Origin: an uncultured Chloroflexia bacterium
GTDB taxonomy: Bacteria; Chloroflexota; Dehalococcoidia; DSTF01; JALHUB01
Direction of reading: 5' to 3'
Assembly: GCA_963726245.1 (NCBI GenBank)
Contig: CAVSBT010000025.1
Span: 32,001 to 96,000, forward strand
Length of the DNA: 64,000 bases
Under the pieces are notes generated by a model. That model searched no databases. It was not told the origin of the DNA and saw only the letters and a program-made list of their open reading frames with translations. Position 1 is the first letter of the stretch. Every line of letters starts with the position of its first letter. Shown here piece after piece: positions 37,573-47,575 of the stretch. The position numbers and the translations under genes were made by a program.

Positions 37573-38373
37573 CTACCCCGTAATATCCTCGCCCCCGTCC
37601 ACGCCTATCACGTTCCCCGTCATCCAGTAGAGGCGCTCGTCGCTGAGGGCGGCGATGGCGCGGGCCGCGTCCTCGGGCCTCGTGGCGCGGCCGCTGGGGT
37701 TACGCTGCGCCCCCTGGGCCAGCAGCTCCGGCCCGCTCGGGATGCGCCGCAGCGCGGGGGTATCGGTGACGCCGGCGCGGATGGCGTTCACCGTGATGCT
37801 CAGGGGTGCCAGCTCCAGGGCCAACTGCCTGATGTGGGACTCCAGGGCGGCCTTGGCCGCCGATACCGGCCCGTACCACTTCATCACCCGCGTCGCGCCG
37901 GCGCTGGTCATCGCGAAGACGCGGCCTCCCGAACGCAGGAGGCGTCGCGCCACCAGGTCCTGCACCCAGTAGACCAGGCTATTGGCCATCACGTCGAGCG
38001 TCATCTCCATCTGGCGCAGGGTCACGGCGTCTCGCGGCGAGTCCGCGATGTAGGACACGAGGGTGCCGAAGGCCAGGGAGTGGACGAAGACGCGGATAGA
38101 CGCGTCCTCGCCCTCCTGCGCCAGCCGCCCGGCGATGCCGTCGAGGATAGCGGCCCGCTTGCCGGCGTCGGCGGCGTTCCTGTTGAAGAAGACGGCCTCC
38201 CGGCCCGTCGCCTTCACGCCGTCGATGACGCGCTGGGCGTTGGGAAGGGTGGAGCGCGAGTCCAGGTGCACGCCGAAGATGTCGAAGCCGCTGCGGGCCA
38301 GCTCCAGGGCTATGGCCGCCCCGAAGCCGCTGGACGCTCCTAAGATCAGGGCCCAATCCTTGCCCTTAGACAT
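37573..38373 (-). CDS. SDR family oxidoreductase (FabL/enoyl-ACP reductase-like)
   Basis: LGASSGFG, YGPVSAAKAALE (YxxxxxxK), VNAIRAGVTDT, VDGG. Confidence 0.85.
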   Translation of the reverse strand: MSKGKDWALILGASSGFGAAIALELARSGFDIFGVHLDSRSTLPNAQRVIDGVKATGREAVFFNRNAADAGKRAAILDGIAGRLAQEGEDASIRVFVHSLAFGTLVSYIADSPRDAVTLRQMEMTLDVMANSLVYWVQDLVARRLLRSGGRVFAMTSAGATRVMKWYGPVSAAKAALESHIRQLALELAPLSITVNAIRAGVTDTPALRRIPSGPELLAQGAQRNPSGRATRPEDAARAIAALSDERLYWMTGNVIGVDGGEDITG

Positions 38374-38387
38374 TGCTAGCCTCCCAC

Positions 38388-38482
38388 GGAACTAGGAACT
38401 GGCAACTCAGGGCATATGGCATAGGGCACAGCGCATAGAGGCGGCTTTGCCCTTTGTCCTTTGCCCTATGTTCTATGTTTCT
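38388..38482. repeat. Inverted blocks of degenerate heptamer repeats
   Basis: GGAACTA GGAACTG GCAACTC, GGGCATA TGGCATA GGGCACA GCGCATA, then TTTGCCC TTTGTCC TTTGCCC TATGTTC TATGTTT. Confidence 0.7.
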
Positions 38483-38486
38483 CCCC

Positions 38487-39380
38487 TTAGTCACGTCCCA
38501 GGTCCAGGCCGCGCAGGTAGCGACGAAAGTCGGGGCCGATGTCCGGTCGCCGCAGAGCCACCTCCACCGATGCCTGGAGAAGCCCAAGGGGCCGCCCCGT
38601 ATCGTAGCGGCGGCCCTCGAACAGGTAGGCGTATACGGGCTGCTCGGCGAGCAGGAGGGCCAGGGCGTCGGTGAGCTGGATCTCGCGCCCCTTGCCGGGC
38701 TCCGTGCGGGCCAGCGCGCCGAAGATGTCCGGGGTCAGGACGTAGCGGCCCACGATGCCCAGGTCGGACGGCGCCTCCCCCGGAGCGGGCTTCTCCACCA
38801 TGCCCCGGACCCGCACCACCCGGTCGCCGACCGGCTCCGCGTCCACGACGCCGTAGCTCTCGATGTCGGCGGCTGACACGCGTTCCACCGCCAGGATAGA
38901 GGCGCCGTACTCCTCGAAGACGTTCAGCATCTGGCGGGCCACCGGGACGTCGGCGATGATGACGTCATCTGGAAAGAAGAGGACAAAGGGCTCGTCGCCG
39001 ACCACGTCCCGGACGGTGAGGACGGCGTGCCCGACTCCACGCTGCTCCTTCTGCCGGACGTAGACGATATCCGCCAGGTCTGAGATGCGCCGTATCTCCT
39101 CCAGGCGGTCCAGGTCGCCCTTCTCGCGCAGGGTTTGCTCCAGCTCCAGAGAGCGGTCGAAGTGGTCCTCGACGGCGCGTTTGCCGGAGGCGGTGACGAT
39201 GATCACCTGCTTGAGGCCGGAGGCGGCTGCTTCTTCAACCGTGTACTGGATGATGGGCTTGTCCACCAGAGGCAGCGCCTCTTTGGGTTGTGCCTTGGTG
39301 GCGGGCAGGAGACGGGTGCCGTAGCCGGCGGCGAGGACCACCGCCTTGCGGACCTGTTGACGGCGGGGGTTTGGGGGCAA
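38487..39380 (-). CDS. galU: UTP-glucose-1-phosphate uridylyltransferase
   Basis: RKAVVLAAGYGTRLLPATKAQPKE, VEKP, GRYVL, EIQLTDA. Confidence 0.95.
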   Translation of the reverse strand: MPPNPRRQQVRKAVVLAAGYGTRLLPATKAQPKEALPLVDKPIIQYTVEEAAASGLKQVIIVTASGKRAVEDHFDRSLELEQTLREKGDLDRLEEIRRISDLADIVYVRQKEQRGVGHAVLTVRDVVGDEPFVLFFPDDVIIADVPVARQMLNVFEEYGASILAVERVSAADIESYGVVDAEPVGDRVVRVRGMVEKPAPGEAPSDLGIVGRYVLTPDIFGALARTEPGKGREIQLTDALALLLAEQPVYAYLFEGRRYDTGRPLGLLQASVEVALRRPDIGPDFRRYLRGLDLGRD

Positions 39381-39538
39381 CGCTTCTCCTAACTGAACCT
39401 GCAAGAACGGCGTTCTGAGTCGATGTCGCCGCTCATTCTACATCAGCCTCTTCGGAGCCAGCAAGAAAGCAGTGGCGATCGCTAGCCGCAGCCAAACGGC
39501 TCTTGACAGAGGTATGTCGCTATGTATAGCATGTCCGG

Positions 39539-39808
39539 CGGTCGTGCTAGACGGGGAGCTAGCGGTGCCCTGAACCCGCAATCCGCTACAGCGGGGTCGA
39601 ACTCCCGCTCGAGGCCTAGGCACCCGGGGACTGGCACCGATGGCCGGCGTTGAAGGCCTGGTCCTGCGCGACGAAGCTCTACGAACCCCGTCAGGTCCGG
39701 AAGGAAGCAGCGGTAAGTAGCCGTCTTCGGGCGCCGCGGGGCTACCGGACCAGAGCCGGTCGACGGAGGCCAAGCCCGGATTCCGGGTCGACGGCGGGTG
39801 CACGACCA
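39539..39808 (+). ncRNA. ffs: Signal recognition particle RNA, large bacterial type with Alu domain
   Basis: Helix 8 motif TCAGGTCCGGAAGGAAGCAGC; 5' Alu GTGCTAGACGGGGAG..GCGGTGCCCTG..AATCCGCT; paired ends GGTCGTG/CACGACC; TTGACA at 39503. Confidence 0.95.
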
Positions 39809-39835
39809 CTGATCTAGTGTATACTCAAGTTACTG

Positions 39836-41377
39836 TTGCCCGCCCAGAAGGGAGGCTGTTTGCGAGAAGCCCCAAAGGGGGCGCGAAAAGGCCGCGAAGC
39901 GCTGGCTAAAGGCCATGTCCGGAAGTCTGCGGTAGCACTCATCTCTAGTCATCTTACTCATCACCGCTTTCGGAACCACGCCGGCGTCCTCGCTGCCCTC
40001 GCGCTCATCAGTGTTCTCACGTTCTTGCTCTTCCCTCTTCGCCACGTCCGCGTAGAGTCTGACGGCTCTGAGAGGACGATGGTCAGCCGTCAGGGGGGCA
40101 CCGACGCCCTTCTGCGGCAGGCCGGCGTGCAACTTCAGGCGGGCGACCGCGTGGCGCGGCAAGACAGCGCCTCGGACAGTACAGCCCTCTCCGTGCAGCG
40201 GGCCGTGCCTGTCGTGCTGGAGGCGGATGGTCGAGTGCTCACCTGGCACACACGCGCCCACACCGTTGCCGGCGCTCTTAGTGAAGCCGGCGTGACCCTG
40301 GGCCCCTTCGACAGCGTTCTCCGCAACGGTCTGCGAGCAAACGATAACGAAAAGTTGGACATGCCTGCCCTGCTCGTCGCGGCCCAGGCGTTCGGGCTGC
40401 GGGTGGCCGAAGGCGCCGCCCCCGTCTCCGTCTCTCCTAACCAGGTTAGCCTAACGGTCCGCCGTGCCGTCCCCTTCACCGTCGTAGAAGGCGACCAGCC
40501 CAAATCGCTGCTTTCGAGTGAGCCCACGCTTGACCAGGCACTGCGGGAGTGGGACATCCGCCTGGGACCGGGAGATGAGGTGGAGCCGGCGGTTGGTTCC
40601 GCCCTGACACCTGGGCTCCAGGTCGTCATCCGGCGCGCGCTGCGAGTCACCCTCTCCGTCGGCGGGACAGACACCGTTATCTACACTCAGGCGCACACGG
40701 TAGCTGGGCTGCTTGAGAAGGCGGGGGTAGTCCTTGGGGAAACGGATCGTGTGGAGCCGTCCTCCGAAACGGCCCTTTCTCCAGACCTCGGGGTGCGGGT
40801 CTACTCCTACGCCGAGGACCGCCTCGCAGAGTCGGAAACGGTCGACCACGGCACCGTCTACCGTCTGGACCCTGAGCTGTCGGAAGGGGAAACGCGGCGC
40901 GTCGTCGGCGCGGATGGCGTCCACCACCGCGAATATGCCGTCGCCTATGAGGATGGAGTCGAGGTCTCCCGGCAACTAGTCAGAGAGTGGGACGACCCAG
41001 AGGCCGTCGACACGATTGTCTACTTCGGGAGCCCGGAACACGTGCAGGCCGCCCAGACCCTGCCCGATGGCCTGAACGTGGTGCGAGTGATGAGCGTCTA
41101 CGCCACCTGGTATTGCCCGGCCAGCGCCGGGCGCGACGACAGCGACCCCAGCTACGGCATCACCAGCACCGGAGTGTCGGTCAGCAAGGGCATTGTGGCC
41201 GTCGATCCGAGCGTGATACCATACGGCACGCGGATGTACATCCCAGGTTACGGCTATGGTGAGGCCGCCGACACCGGCGGCGCCATCGTCGGCAACATCA
41301 TCGATCTGGGATATCCGGACGGGATAAGCCCCGGCTGGCAGCCGCGCTGGCTTGACATCTACATCCTCGGCCCCTAG
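39836..41377 (+). CDS. YabE/RpfB-like cell wall protein (DUF348 repeats, G5, 3D domain); start uncertain
   Basis: N-terminal TM helix, repeated TxAxTV..L..AGV.L...D units, 3D motif VAVDPSVIPYGT..AADTGGAI..IDL; upstream of rsmA. Confidence 0.88.
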   Translation: MPAQKGGCLREAPKGARKGREALAKGHVRKSAVALISSHLTHHRFRNHAGVLAALALISVLTFLLFPLRHVRVESDGSERTMVSRQGGTDALLRQAGVQLQAGDRVARQDSASDSTALSVQRAVPVVLEADGRVLTWHTRAHTVAGALSEAGVTLGPFDSVLRNGLRANDNEKLDMPALLVAAQAFGLRVAEGAAPVSVSPNQVSLTVRRAVPFTVVEGDQPKSLLSSEPTLDQALREWDIRLGPGDEVEPAVGSALTPGLQVVIRRALRVTLSVGGTDTVIYTQAHTVAGLLEKAGVVLGETDRVEPSSETALSPDLGVRVYSYAEDRLAESETVDHGTVYRLDPELSEGETRRVVGADGVHHREYAVAYEDGVEVSRQLVREWDDPEAVDTIVYFGSPEHVQAAQTLPDGLNVVRVMSVYATWYCPASAGRDDSDPSYGITSTGVSVSKGIVAVDPSVIPYGTRMYIPGYGYGEAADTGGAIVGNIIDLGYPDGISPGWQPRWLDIYILGP

Positions 41378-41447
41378 TTCCAGCGGACAGCCTCGTAACC
41401 GGACCCGCGCGTCTCGGTCCGCCAGGGCGGACGGCCGGCGCGACCAG

Positions 41448-42302
41448 GTGACCCGGCGCAAGAGACGGCGCCCACCACCACCTCCGGAACTGCGCGATGC
41501 GGGCCTGCGGGCGCGCAAGAGCCTCGCCCAGCACTTCTTGGTCGACCAGCGCGTCCTGTCAGGCATCGTGGCTGCCGCCGACGTGTCGCCAACGGAGACG
41601 ATCGTCGAGATCGGGGCCGGACTGGGCGTTCTTACCCGCGAGCTGGCGGCCAGAGCCCGCGCTGTGGTGGCGGTGGAGGTGGACGAGAAGCTCTGCCTTC
41701 ACCTGCGGCAGAGCCTTCAGGCCTACCCGAACGTCGCCGTCGTCTGCGCCGACGTCCTCAGCCTGAGCCCGGCCCGCCTTCTGGACGAGGCGGGAGCTCA
41801 CGCCCCCTACGCGGTTGTCGCCAACCTGCCGTACTACATTGCGGCGCCTGTGCTGCGCCACTTCCTGGAGGGCGACCCGCCCCCGACGCGCCTGGTCGTG
41901 ATGCTGCAGAGGGAGGTGGCAGAGAGCATAGCCGCCGGCCCGGGAAGAATGAGCCTGCTGGGAGTGGCCGTGCAGTTCTACGGGCGGCCCCACCTTCTCT
42001 TCGGTGTGCCACCACAGGCCTTCTATCCGCCGCCCAAGGTGCGGTCGGCCGTCCTGCGTATAGATGTGGCCGATGGTCCAAGGGTCGAGGTGCCCGACAC
42101 GCCCGCCTTCTTCGAGGTGGTGCGAGCCGGCTTCAGCGCGCCGCGCAAGCAGTTGCGCAACTCCCTGGCCCAGGGCTTGGGCCTACCGCCTGCCGAGGCG
42201 GAGGCTCTCTTGGCCGCCGCCGGCATCGACGTGCGCCGGCGTCCGCAGGAGCTCTCCATCGAGGAGTGGGCTGCCCTCTGCCGGGCCCGACTTGCAGGCT
42301 GA
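41448..42302 (+). CDS. rsmA: 16S rRNA m62A dimethyltransferase
   Basis: KSLAQHFL, EIGAGLG, VANLPYYI, MLQREVA, FYPPPKVRS, RKQLRN. Confidence 0.95.
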   Translation: MTRRKRRRPPPPPELRDAGLRARKSLAQHFLVDQRVLSGIVAAADVSPTETIVEIGAGLGVLTRELAARARAVVAVEVDEKLCLHLRQSLQAYPNVAVVCADVLSLSPARLLDEAGAHAPYAVVANLPYYIAAPVLRHFLEGDPPPTRLVVMLQREVAESIAAGPGRMSLLGVAVQFYGRPHLLFGVPPQAFYPPPKVRSAVLRIDVADGPRVEVPDTPAFFEVVRAGFSAPRKQLRNSLAQGLGLPPAEAEALLAAAGIDVRRRPQELSIEEWAALCRARLAG

Positions 42303-42314
42303 GGGAGGCCGGGC

Positions 42315-43217
42315 GTGAGGTTGAGCACCCTCGCGCCGGCCAAGATCAACTGGACCCTGGAGGTCCTGGGTCGCCGCCCCGACGGCTACCACGAGGTCCG
42401 GACGGTGTTTCAGACCGTCGACCTCTGCGACCGGGTGAGGGTTTCGCCCGCCGCGGACCTGGAGCTGGTGCTGACCGGTCCTAGTAGGCAGGTGCCCCCG
42501 CCTGAGGTGCCTTCGACCGAGAACCTGGCCTACCGGGCGGCGGCGCTGCTTCGGGATCGGGCAGGCGGTCAGGCCTTGGGCGCTCGCATCGAGCTCGAGA
42601 AGGCGATACCCGTCGGCGCGGGCCTGGGCGGTGGCAGCAGCGATGCAGCGGCCACATTGCGAGCGCTCGACCGCCTATGGGGGCTGGGCCTGCCACCGGA
42701 CGAGCTGGCCCGCTTGGGCGCTCAACTGGGGGCCGACGTGCCCTTCTTCGTCTTCGGGGGGACGGCCCTGGGCCGCGGCCGCGGCGACGAGGTGACGCCG
42801 CTGCCGGACGTGCCGTCGAAGCGCCTACTGCTAGTCGTTCCCAGGGGTCGCCTGGAGGGGAAGACGGCCGCGATGTACGCCCGCCTGCGCGCGGAGCACT
42901 TCAGCGGCGGCGAGGCCAGCGAGCGGCTGGCCGCGGCCATCAGAGCGGGCGTGCCCCCCGGCGACGATGACGTCGTCAATACCTTCGAGGCCATTGCGGG
43001 CGAGGTGCTGCCGGAGGCGGCCGCCGCCGCGGACCTGTGCCGGAGCCTCGGGCTGAGGCCGCACCTGGCGGGCAGCGGCCCCGCCCAGTTCGTCCTCCTG
43101 CCGCCCGACGCCGAGAGCGCGTCCTTGCGGGAGGTGCTGTCCGCCGCCGGCCTGGACGTGTTCGAGGCCGCGACTATGACGGCCTCGGTGGCCACGGCCG
43201 TGGTGGAGGAGCTGTGA
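42315..43217 (+). CDS. ispE: 4-diphosphocytidyl-2C-methyl-D-erythritol kinase
   Basis: APAKIN, RPDGYHE, KAIPVGAGLGGGSSDAA, LGADVPFF, AGSG. Confidence 0.95.
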   Translation: MRLSTLAPAKINWTLEVLGRRPDGYHEVRTVFQTVDLCDRVRVSPAADLELVLTGPSRQVPPPEVPSTENLAYRAAALLRDRAGGQALGARIELEKAIPVGAGLGGGSSDAAATLRALDRLWGLGLPPDELARLGAQLGADVPFFVFGGTALGRGRGDEVTPLPDVPSKRLLLVVPRGRLEGKTAAMYARLRAEHFSGGEASERLAAAIRAGVPPGDDDVVNTFEAIAGEVLPEAAAAADLCRSLGLRPHLAGSGPAQFVLLPPDAESASLREVLSAAGLDVFEAATMTASVATAVVEEL

Positions 43218-43221
43218 TCCG

Positions 43222-43656
43222 ATGAGCGAGGTCTTCGCCGGCTTCATCTGTGGCTATGTACTGGCGCTGGTATCGGCGCCGCTTGCCGCCATCCTCTTGG
43301 TGCGCGCGCGTCCGCGAGCGCCGGTTGTGGCGCGCGCCGTCCCGGAGCAGACGCCCGTCGTGGCTCTGATCGTGGTCCTGTTCTGGTTCGCTTTCCTCCT
43401 CTGCACGGCGCTGGGCATGATCCTCGGACTGATCCTGATGGGCTTCGAGGACCGGGCACCCGAGGGCGGCCTGGGCAGCCCCAGCCTCGCCTTCACTCTC
43501 TTCATCATCTTCTGGTCGGCGGTGGCCTTCACGCCCCTGGCGGTGCTGCTGAGACCAGCACGGCGCCACGTGATCGTCGCGGCGGTCGTGTTCCTGGGCG
43601 TCTTCGGCTGGCTGATGCCCTACCTGGCGCAGTGGAGCCCCATCGGCTCATCCTAG
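43222..43656 (+). CDS. Hypothetical integral membrane protein (about 4 TM)
   Basis: Four hydrophobic segments; SD GGAG; 4 bp after ispE. Confidence 0.75.
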   Translation: MSEVFAGFICGYVLALVSAPLAAILLVRARPRAPVVARAVPEQTPVVALIVVLFWFAFLLCTALGMILGLILMGFEDRAPEGGLGSPSLAFTLFIIFWSAVAFTPLAVLLRPARRHVIVAAVVFLGVFGWLMPYLAQWSPIGSS

Positions 43657-43735
43657 GCAGCGCGTGCTATACTGACTGGACTCCAGCCCTGTCTTGCCGG
43701 CAGGCGCACCAGAGAGAAAGTCCCCCTGCCAACCC

Positions 43736-44476
43736 ATGGGCGCCATCATAGACATGCACCTGCACACCATCAGGGGCGCCTCGGACAGCAACCTGCGGCC
43801 CGAGGAGCTTGCCGCAGAGGCGCTGCGCCTGGGGCTAACCGGCGTCCACCTCAGCGAGCACGACCGCCTCTGGGACGCCTCCGAACTGGAGCGCTACCGC
43901 CGGAAGCACGGCTTCTTCGTCGCCAACGGGATGGAGGTGTCGACGGACCTGGGCCACATCCTCACGCTGGGGTTGGACCGCTACGTGCCGGGCATCCGCC
44001 GCGCCGACGAGCTGCGGCGCGTGGTACGGGAGGCCGGCGGCTACATGATCGTGGCTCATCCCTTCCGGCACTTCTTCGACCCCGCTCACCACCGGCGAAT
44101 GGGAGGCGAGCCGTTCAACCTGACCCCTGAGCAGGCGGCAGAGCTGCCTGTCTTCGGGCTGGTGGACGCGGTGGAGGCGCTCAACGGCTGCAACAACCTC
44201 GAGGAGAACCTCTTCGCCCTTCGGGTGGCGCAGGTGCTGGGGAAGCCGGTCACCGGCGGCAGCGACGCCCACTCGAACCAGGGCATCGGCATCTACGTCA
44301 CCGTCTTCGAGCGCGACGTCGAGTCGGAGAAGGAGATGCTGGAGGAGTTGCACGCCGGCCGCTTCCACGCCGCCTACGGCCTCCGTCGGGGCGTCCTCAC
44401 CCTCTTCAGCGAGGAGTCGGCCGCCCGGCTGCCGGAGGTGGAGGCGGCGGGCATCCCCCTAGAAGGAATGTGCTAG
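43736..44476 (+). CDS. PHP-domain metallohydrolase
   Basis: DMHLHT, SEHD, GMEVS..GH, VAHPF, GGSDAH. Confidence 0.88.
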   Translation: MGAIIDMHLHTIRGASDSNLRPEELAAEALRLGLTGVHLSEHDRLWDASELERYRRKHGFFVANGMEVSTDLGHILTLGLDRYVPGIRRADELRRVVREAGGYMIVAHPFRHFFDPAHHRRMGGEPFNLTPEQAAELPVFGLVDAVEALNGCNNLEENLFALRVAQVLGKPVTGGSDAHSNQGIGIYVTVFERDVESEKEMLEELHAGRFHAAYGLRRGVLTLFSEESAARLPEVEAAGIPLEGMC

Positions 44477-44518
44477 AATGAGGGCGCATCTGCTTCGCCG
44501 GCGTGCGCGAGGGAACCC

Positions 44519-47434
44519 GTGAGCAGCACCTTCGTGGCCCTGGACCTGGAGACCACGGGCCTGGACCCCGAGAAGGACGAGATCACTGAGGTGGCGGCCA
44601 TCAGGTTCGAGGATGGCCGCCCTGGTGAGGTCTTCCACACCCTCGTAAACCCCCACCGCGAGCTGCCGTATCGCATCCAGCTTATGACCGGCCTTTCGGG
44701 CCCCGAGCTGCGGCGGGCGCCCTCCTTCGCCGAGGTTGCGTCGGACCTGGAGCGCTTCCTCGGCCTGCACCCCGTGGTGGGGCAGAACGTGGCCTTCGAC
44801 CTCTCATTTCTGTCGCGCTGGGGCGTGCGGCCCGCGGGCCCGCCCTTCGACACCTGGGACCTGGCCCGCCTCCTCCTGTTCGACCTCTCCGACTACAGCC
44901 TGCGCTCGCTCGCCCATCACCTGGGGGTGGAGCATACGACGCAGCACCGTGCCACAGCCGACGCCGAGGCTGCCGGTCGCGTCTTCGTCGCCCTCCGCGG
45001 GAGGCTGGCCCTCACGCCTCCCGCCGTCCTGGCCGAGCTGGAGCGCCTGGCCGAACTGGCCGAGTGGCCCCTGCGCCACCTCTTCCACGAGCTGCTGGCG
45101 GAAGCCACGGCGGACGCGGAGGGACGTGGCGCTCAGCCCGCAATCGGCGTGGGCGGCCTGGAGGAGTCCGCGCTGGTGGTGGCGAAGGCTCGGCGGGAGC
45201 CGGGCGCCTCCCTGGGCGCCCTCGGCGAGGGGCGGGCGGTGCGCCCTGAGGAAGTCGAAACGCTACTCGAGGGGCTGGCTGCCCGTCCGGAGGCGCTACC
45301 CGACTTCGAGAGGCGGCCGGAGCAGGCGGCGATGGCCCGCGCCGTGGCCGCGGCCCTCAGCGGCGGCGAGCACCTTGTCGTCGAGGCGGGCACAGGCGTG
45401 GGCAAGTCGCTGGCCTACCTGCTGCCCTCGGCCTGCTTCGCGCTGCTCAACCGCACCCGCGTCGTCGTCTCCACCAACACCATCAGCCTCCAGGAGCAGC
45501 TTCTGGGACAGGACATCCCCATCGTGCGGCGGGCCCTGGAGGGCTGGGGGCCTCGCGGCCTGGGCGATAACCTGCGGGTGGCCCAGCTCAAGGGCCGGCG
45601 GAACTACCTCTGCCTCCTGCGTTGGGCGGGCCAGCGGCGGGCGGCCGCGCTCCCGCCGGCGGAGGCGAAGCTCATGGCCCGCCTCCTTCTCTGGCTGCCC
45701 CACACTGAGACCGGCGACCGCGCCGAGCTCAACCTGACGCCGGAGGAGGAGACAGTCTGGAGCCGTCTGAGCGCTCAGAACGAGGCCTGTCTCGCCTCGA
45801 CGTGTCGCTACGTGCGGGAAGGGACCTGCTTCCTCGATCGGGCCCGTCGCCGCGCCGAGACGGCTCACATCCTCATCGTCAACCACGCCCTGCTCCTGTC
45901 CGACCTGGCGGCCGGCGGCCAGGTGCTGCCATCCTACTCCTACCTGGTGATCGACGAGGCGCAGCACCTGGAGGACGAGGCTACCCAGCAGTTCGGCTTC
46001 CAGACTTCGGAGCCGGACATCGTCTCCTTCTTGGACCGTGTGCAGCAGCGGGTCGGCCGCGACCGCGACGGCGGTCTCGCCGGCAACCTGCGTCAGGCCG
46101 CCCGCGGCGTCACCGCGCCGCTTGGGCGGGCCGCTATGAGCTCACTGGCGGCCTCCCTGGCGACGGCTGTGGAGCGCGTGCGCGGGCGCCTGCCGGAGCT
46201 CGTTGGGCTTCTGCCCGACTTCGTGCGCCACCACACATCTGAGGAGGGTGACTACGACCAGCGCCTCCTCCTCAGCCGGGCGATGCGGATCCAGCCCGAC
46301 TGGTCGGTGGTGGAGGCGGCCTGGGAGAACCTGGACCTGGCCCTCCAGCAGGTCGAGGTCGCCCTGACGAACGTGCAGGAGGCTCTGGACGGGGGCGAGG
46401 CGCAGGGCCTCCTAGACTATGAGGCGCTGGCGGCGGAGACCGGAGACCTCCTCCAGGGCGTGCAGTTGCTGCGGGAGGGGATTGCCGGCGTCATCGCCCA
46501 CGAGGACCCAGGCCGGATAGCCTGGCTCAGCCTCTCGCGCTGGAACAGCTCCGCACGGCCGGCGCGCGAATCTGGTCGGGGCGCGGGAGGACGCATCGGC
46601 CTGGCCTCGGCGCCGCTGCAGGTGGCCGAAGCCCTGCGCACGGGACTCTTCGATACCAAGGAGAACGTTGTCCTCACCAGCGCAACGCTCAGTACCGAGG
46701 GGCACTTCCAGTACCTGCGGCAGCGGGTAGGGCCGGAGGAGTCGGAAGAGCTCCTGCTGGGCTCACCCTTCGACTACGCCCGCTCTACCCTCGTGCTGGT
46801 GCCCCAGGACATGCCGGAGCCGGGGGAGAGAGGCTATCAGGCGGCGCTGGCGGAGGCGTTGCTGGACCTCTGCCGCGCCAGCGAAGGCCGGGCGCTGGTC
46901 CTCTTCACCTCATACGCCGCCCTGCGGGCCACCCACGCCGCCGTCAGAGCGCCCCTGGAGGAGGACGGCATCCTGGTGCTGGGCCACGGCATCGACGGGT
47001 CGCCGAAGCAGCTCCTCCGGACCCTGCGCGAGAACCCCCGCACAGTTCTCCTCGGCACCGCCAGCTTCTGGGAGGGCGTCGACGTGGTGGGCGAGGCCCT
47101 TTCCCTGCTGGTGATAGCGCGGCTGCCCTTCACGGTGCCCACGGACCCCGTCTTCGTGGCCCGCTCTGAGCTCTACGACCAGCCCTTCAACCAGTACGCC
47201 CTGCCCCAGGCGGTGCTGCGCTTCAAGCAGGGCTTCGGGCGCCTCATCCGCCGCAAGACTGACCGGGGCGTTGTCGCCGTGCTCGACCGGCGGGTCAGGA
47301 GCAAGGGCTACGGCGGCGTCTTTCTGCGCTCGCTGCCGCCGTGCACGGTGCGAGAGGAGCCCCTGCGGAACCTGCCACGGGCCGTGGCCGGCTGGCTGGC
47401 GGCGCCTATCGAAGAGGCGGCGGGGGCACCATGA
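44519..47434 (+). CDS. dinG: DinG family helicase with N-terminal DEDDh 3'-5' exonuclease
   Basis: LDLETTG, HRATADA, EAGTGVGKS, KGRRNYLC, DEAQH, TSATL, LFTSY, FWEGVD, QGFGRLIR. Confidence 0.93.
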   Translation: MSSTFVALDLETTGLDPEKDEITEVAAIRFEDGRPGEVFHTLVNPHRELPYRIQLMTGLSGPELRRAPSFAEVASDLERFLGLHPVVGQNVAFDLSFLSRWGVRPAGPPFDTWDLARLLLFDLSDYSLRSLAHHLGVEHTTQHRATADAEAAGRVFVALRGRLALTPPAVLAELERLAELAEWPLRHLFHELLAEATADAEGRGAQPAIGVGGLEESALVVAKARREPGASLGALGEGRAVRPEEVETLLEGLAARPEALPDFERRPEQAAMARAVAAALSGGEHLVVEAGTGVGKSLAYLLPSACFALLNRTRVVVSTNTISLQEQLLGQDIPIVRRALEGWGPRGLGDNLRVAQLKGRRNYLCLLRWAGQRRAAALPPAEAKLMARLLLWLPHTETGDRAELNLTPEEETVWSRLSAQNEACLASTCRYVREGTCFLDRARRRAETAHILIVNHALLLSDLAAGGQVLPSYSYLVIDEAQHLEDEATQQFGFQTSEPDIVSFLDRVQQRVGRDRDGGLAGNLRQAARGVTAPLGRAAMSSLAASLATAVERVRGRLPELVGLLPDFVRHHTSEEGDYDQRLLLSRAMRIQPDWSVVEAAWENLDLALQQVEVALTNVQEALDGGEAQGLLDYEALAAETGDLLQGVQLLREGIAGVIAHEDPGRIAWLSLSRWNSSARPARESGRGAGGRIGLASAPLQVAEALRTGLFDTKENVVLTSATLSTEGHFQYLRQRVGPEESEELLLGSPFDYARSTLVLVPQDMPEPGERGYQAALAEALLDLCRASEGRALVLFTSYAALRATHAAVRAPLEEDGILVLGHGIDGSPKQLLRTLRENPRTVLLGTASFWEGVDVVGEALSLLVIARLPFTVPTDPVFVARSELYDQPFNQYALPQAVLRFKQGFGRLIRRKTDRGVVAVLDRRVRSKGYGGVFLRSLPPCTVREEPLRNLPRAVAGWLAAPIEEAAGAP

Positions 47435-47502
47435 GCCAGGCTCGGCAAGCTGTGGCAACCAAACTGTAACGACACAACTGCTTCGTCATTGGTGGGAGAA
47501 TG

Positions 47503-47575
47503 CTCGACCCCCGCCTGAAGGTGGGGGCATGGATTTGCCTCGCGATGCCTCAGCCTTCAGGCTGAGGTGATGTCA
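47503..47575. mobile_element. Miniature IS200/IS605-end-like palindrome pair (non-autonomous remnant)
   Basis: CCCCCGCC-TGAA-GGTGGGGG and inverted CCTCAGCC-TTCA-GGCTGAGG-TGATGTCA, resembling IS200/IS605 subterminal hairpins; no transposase present. Confidence 0.5.
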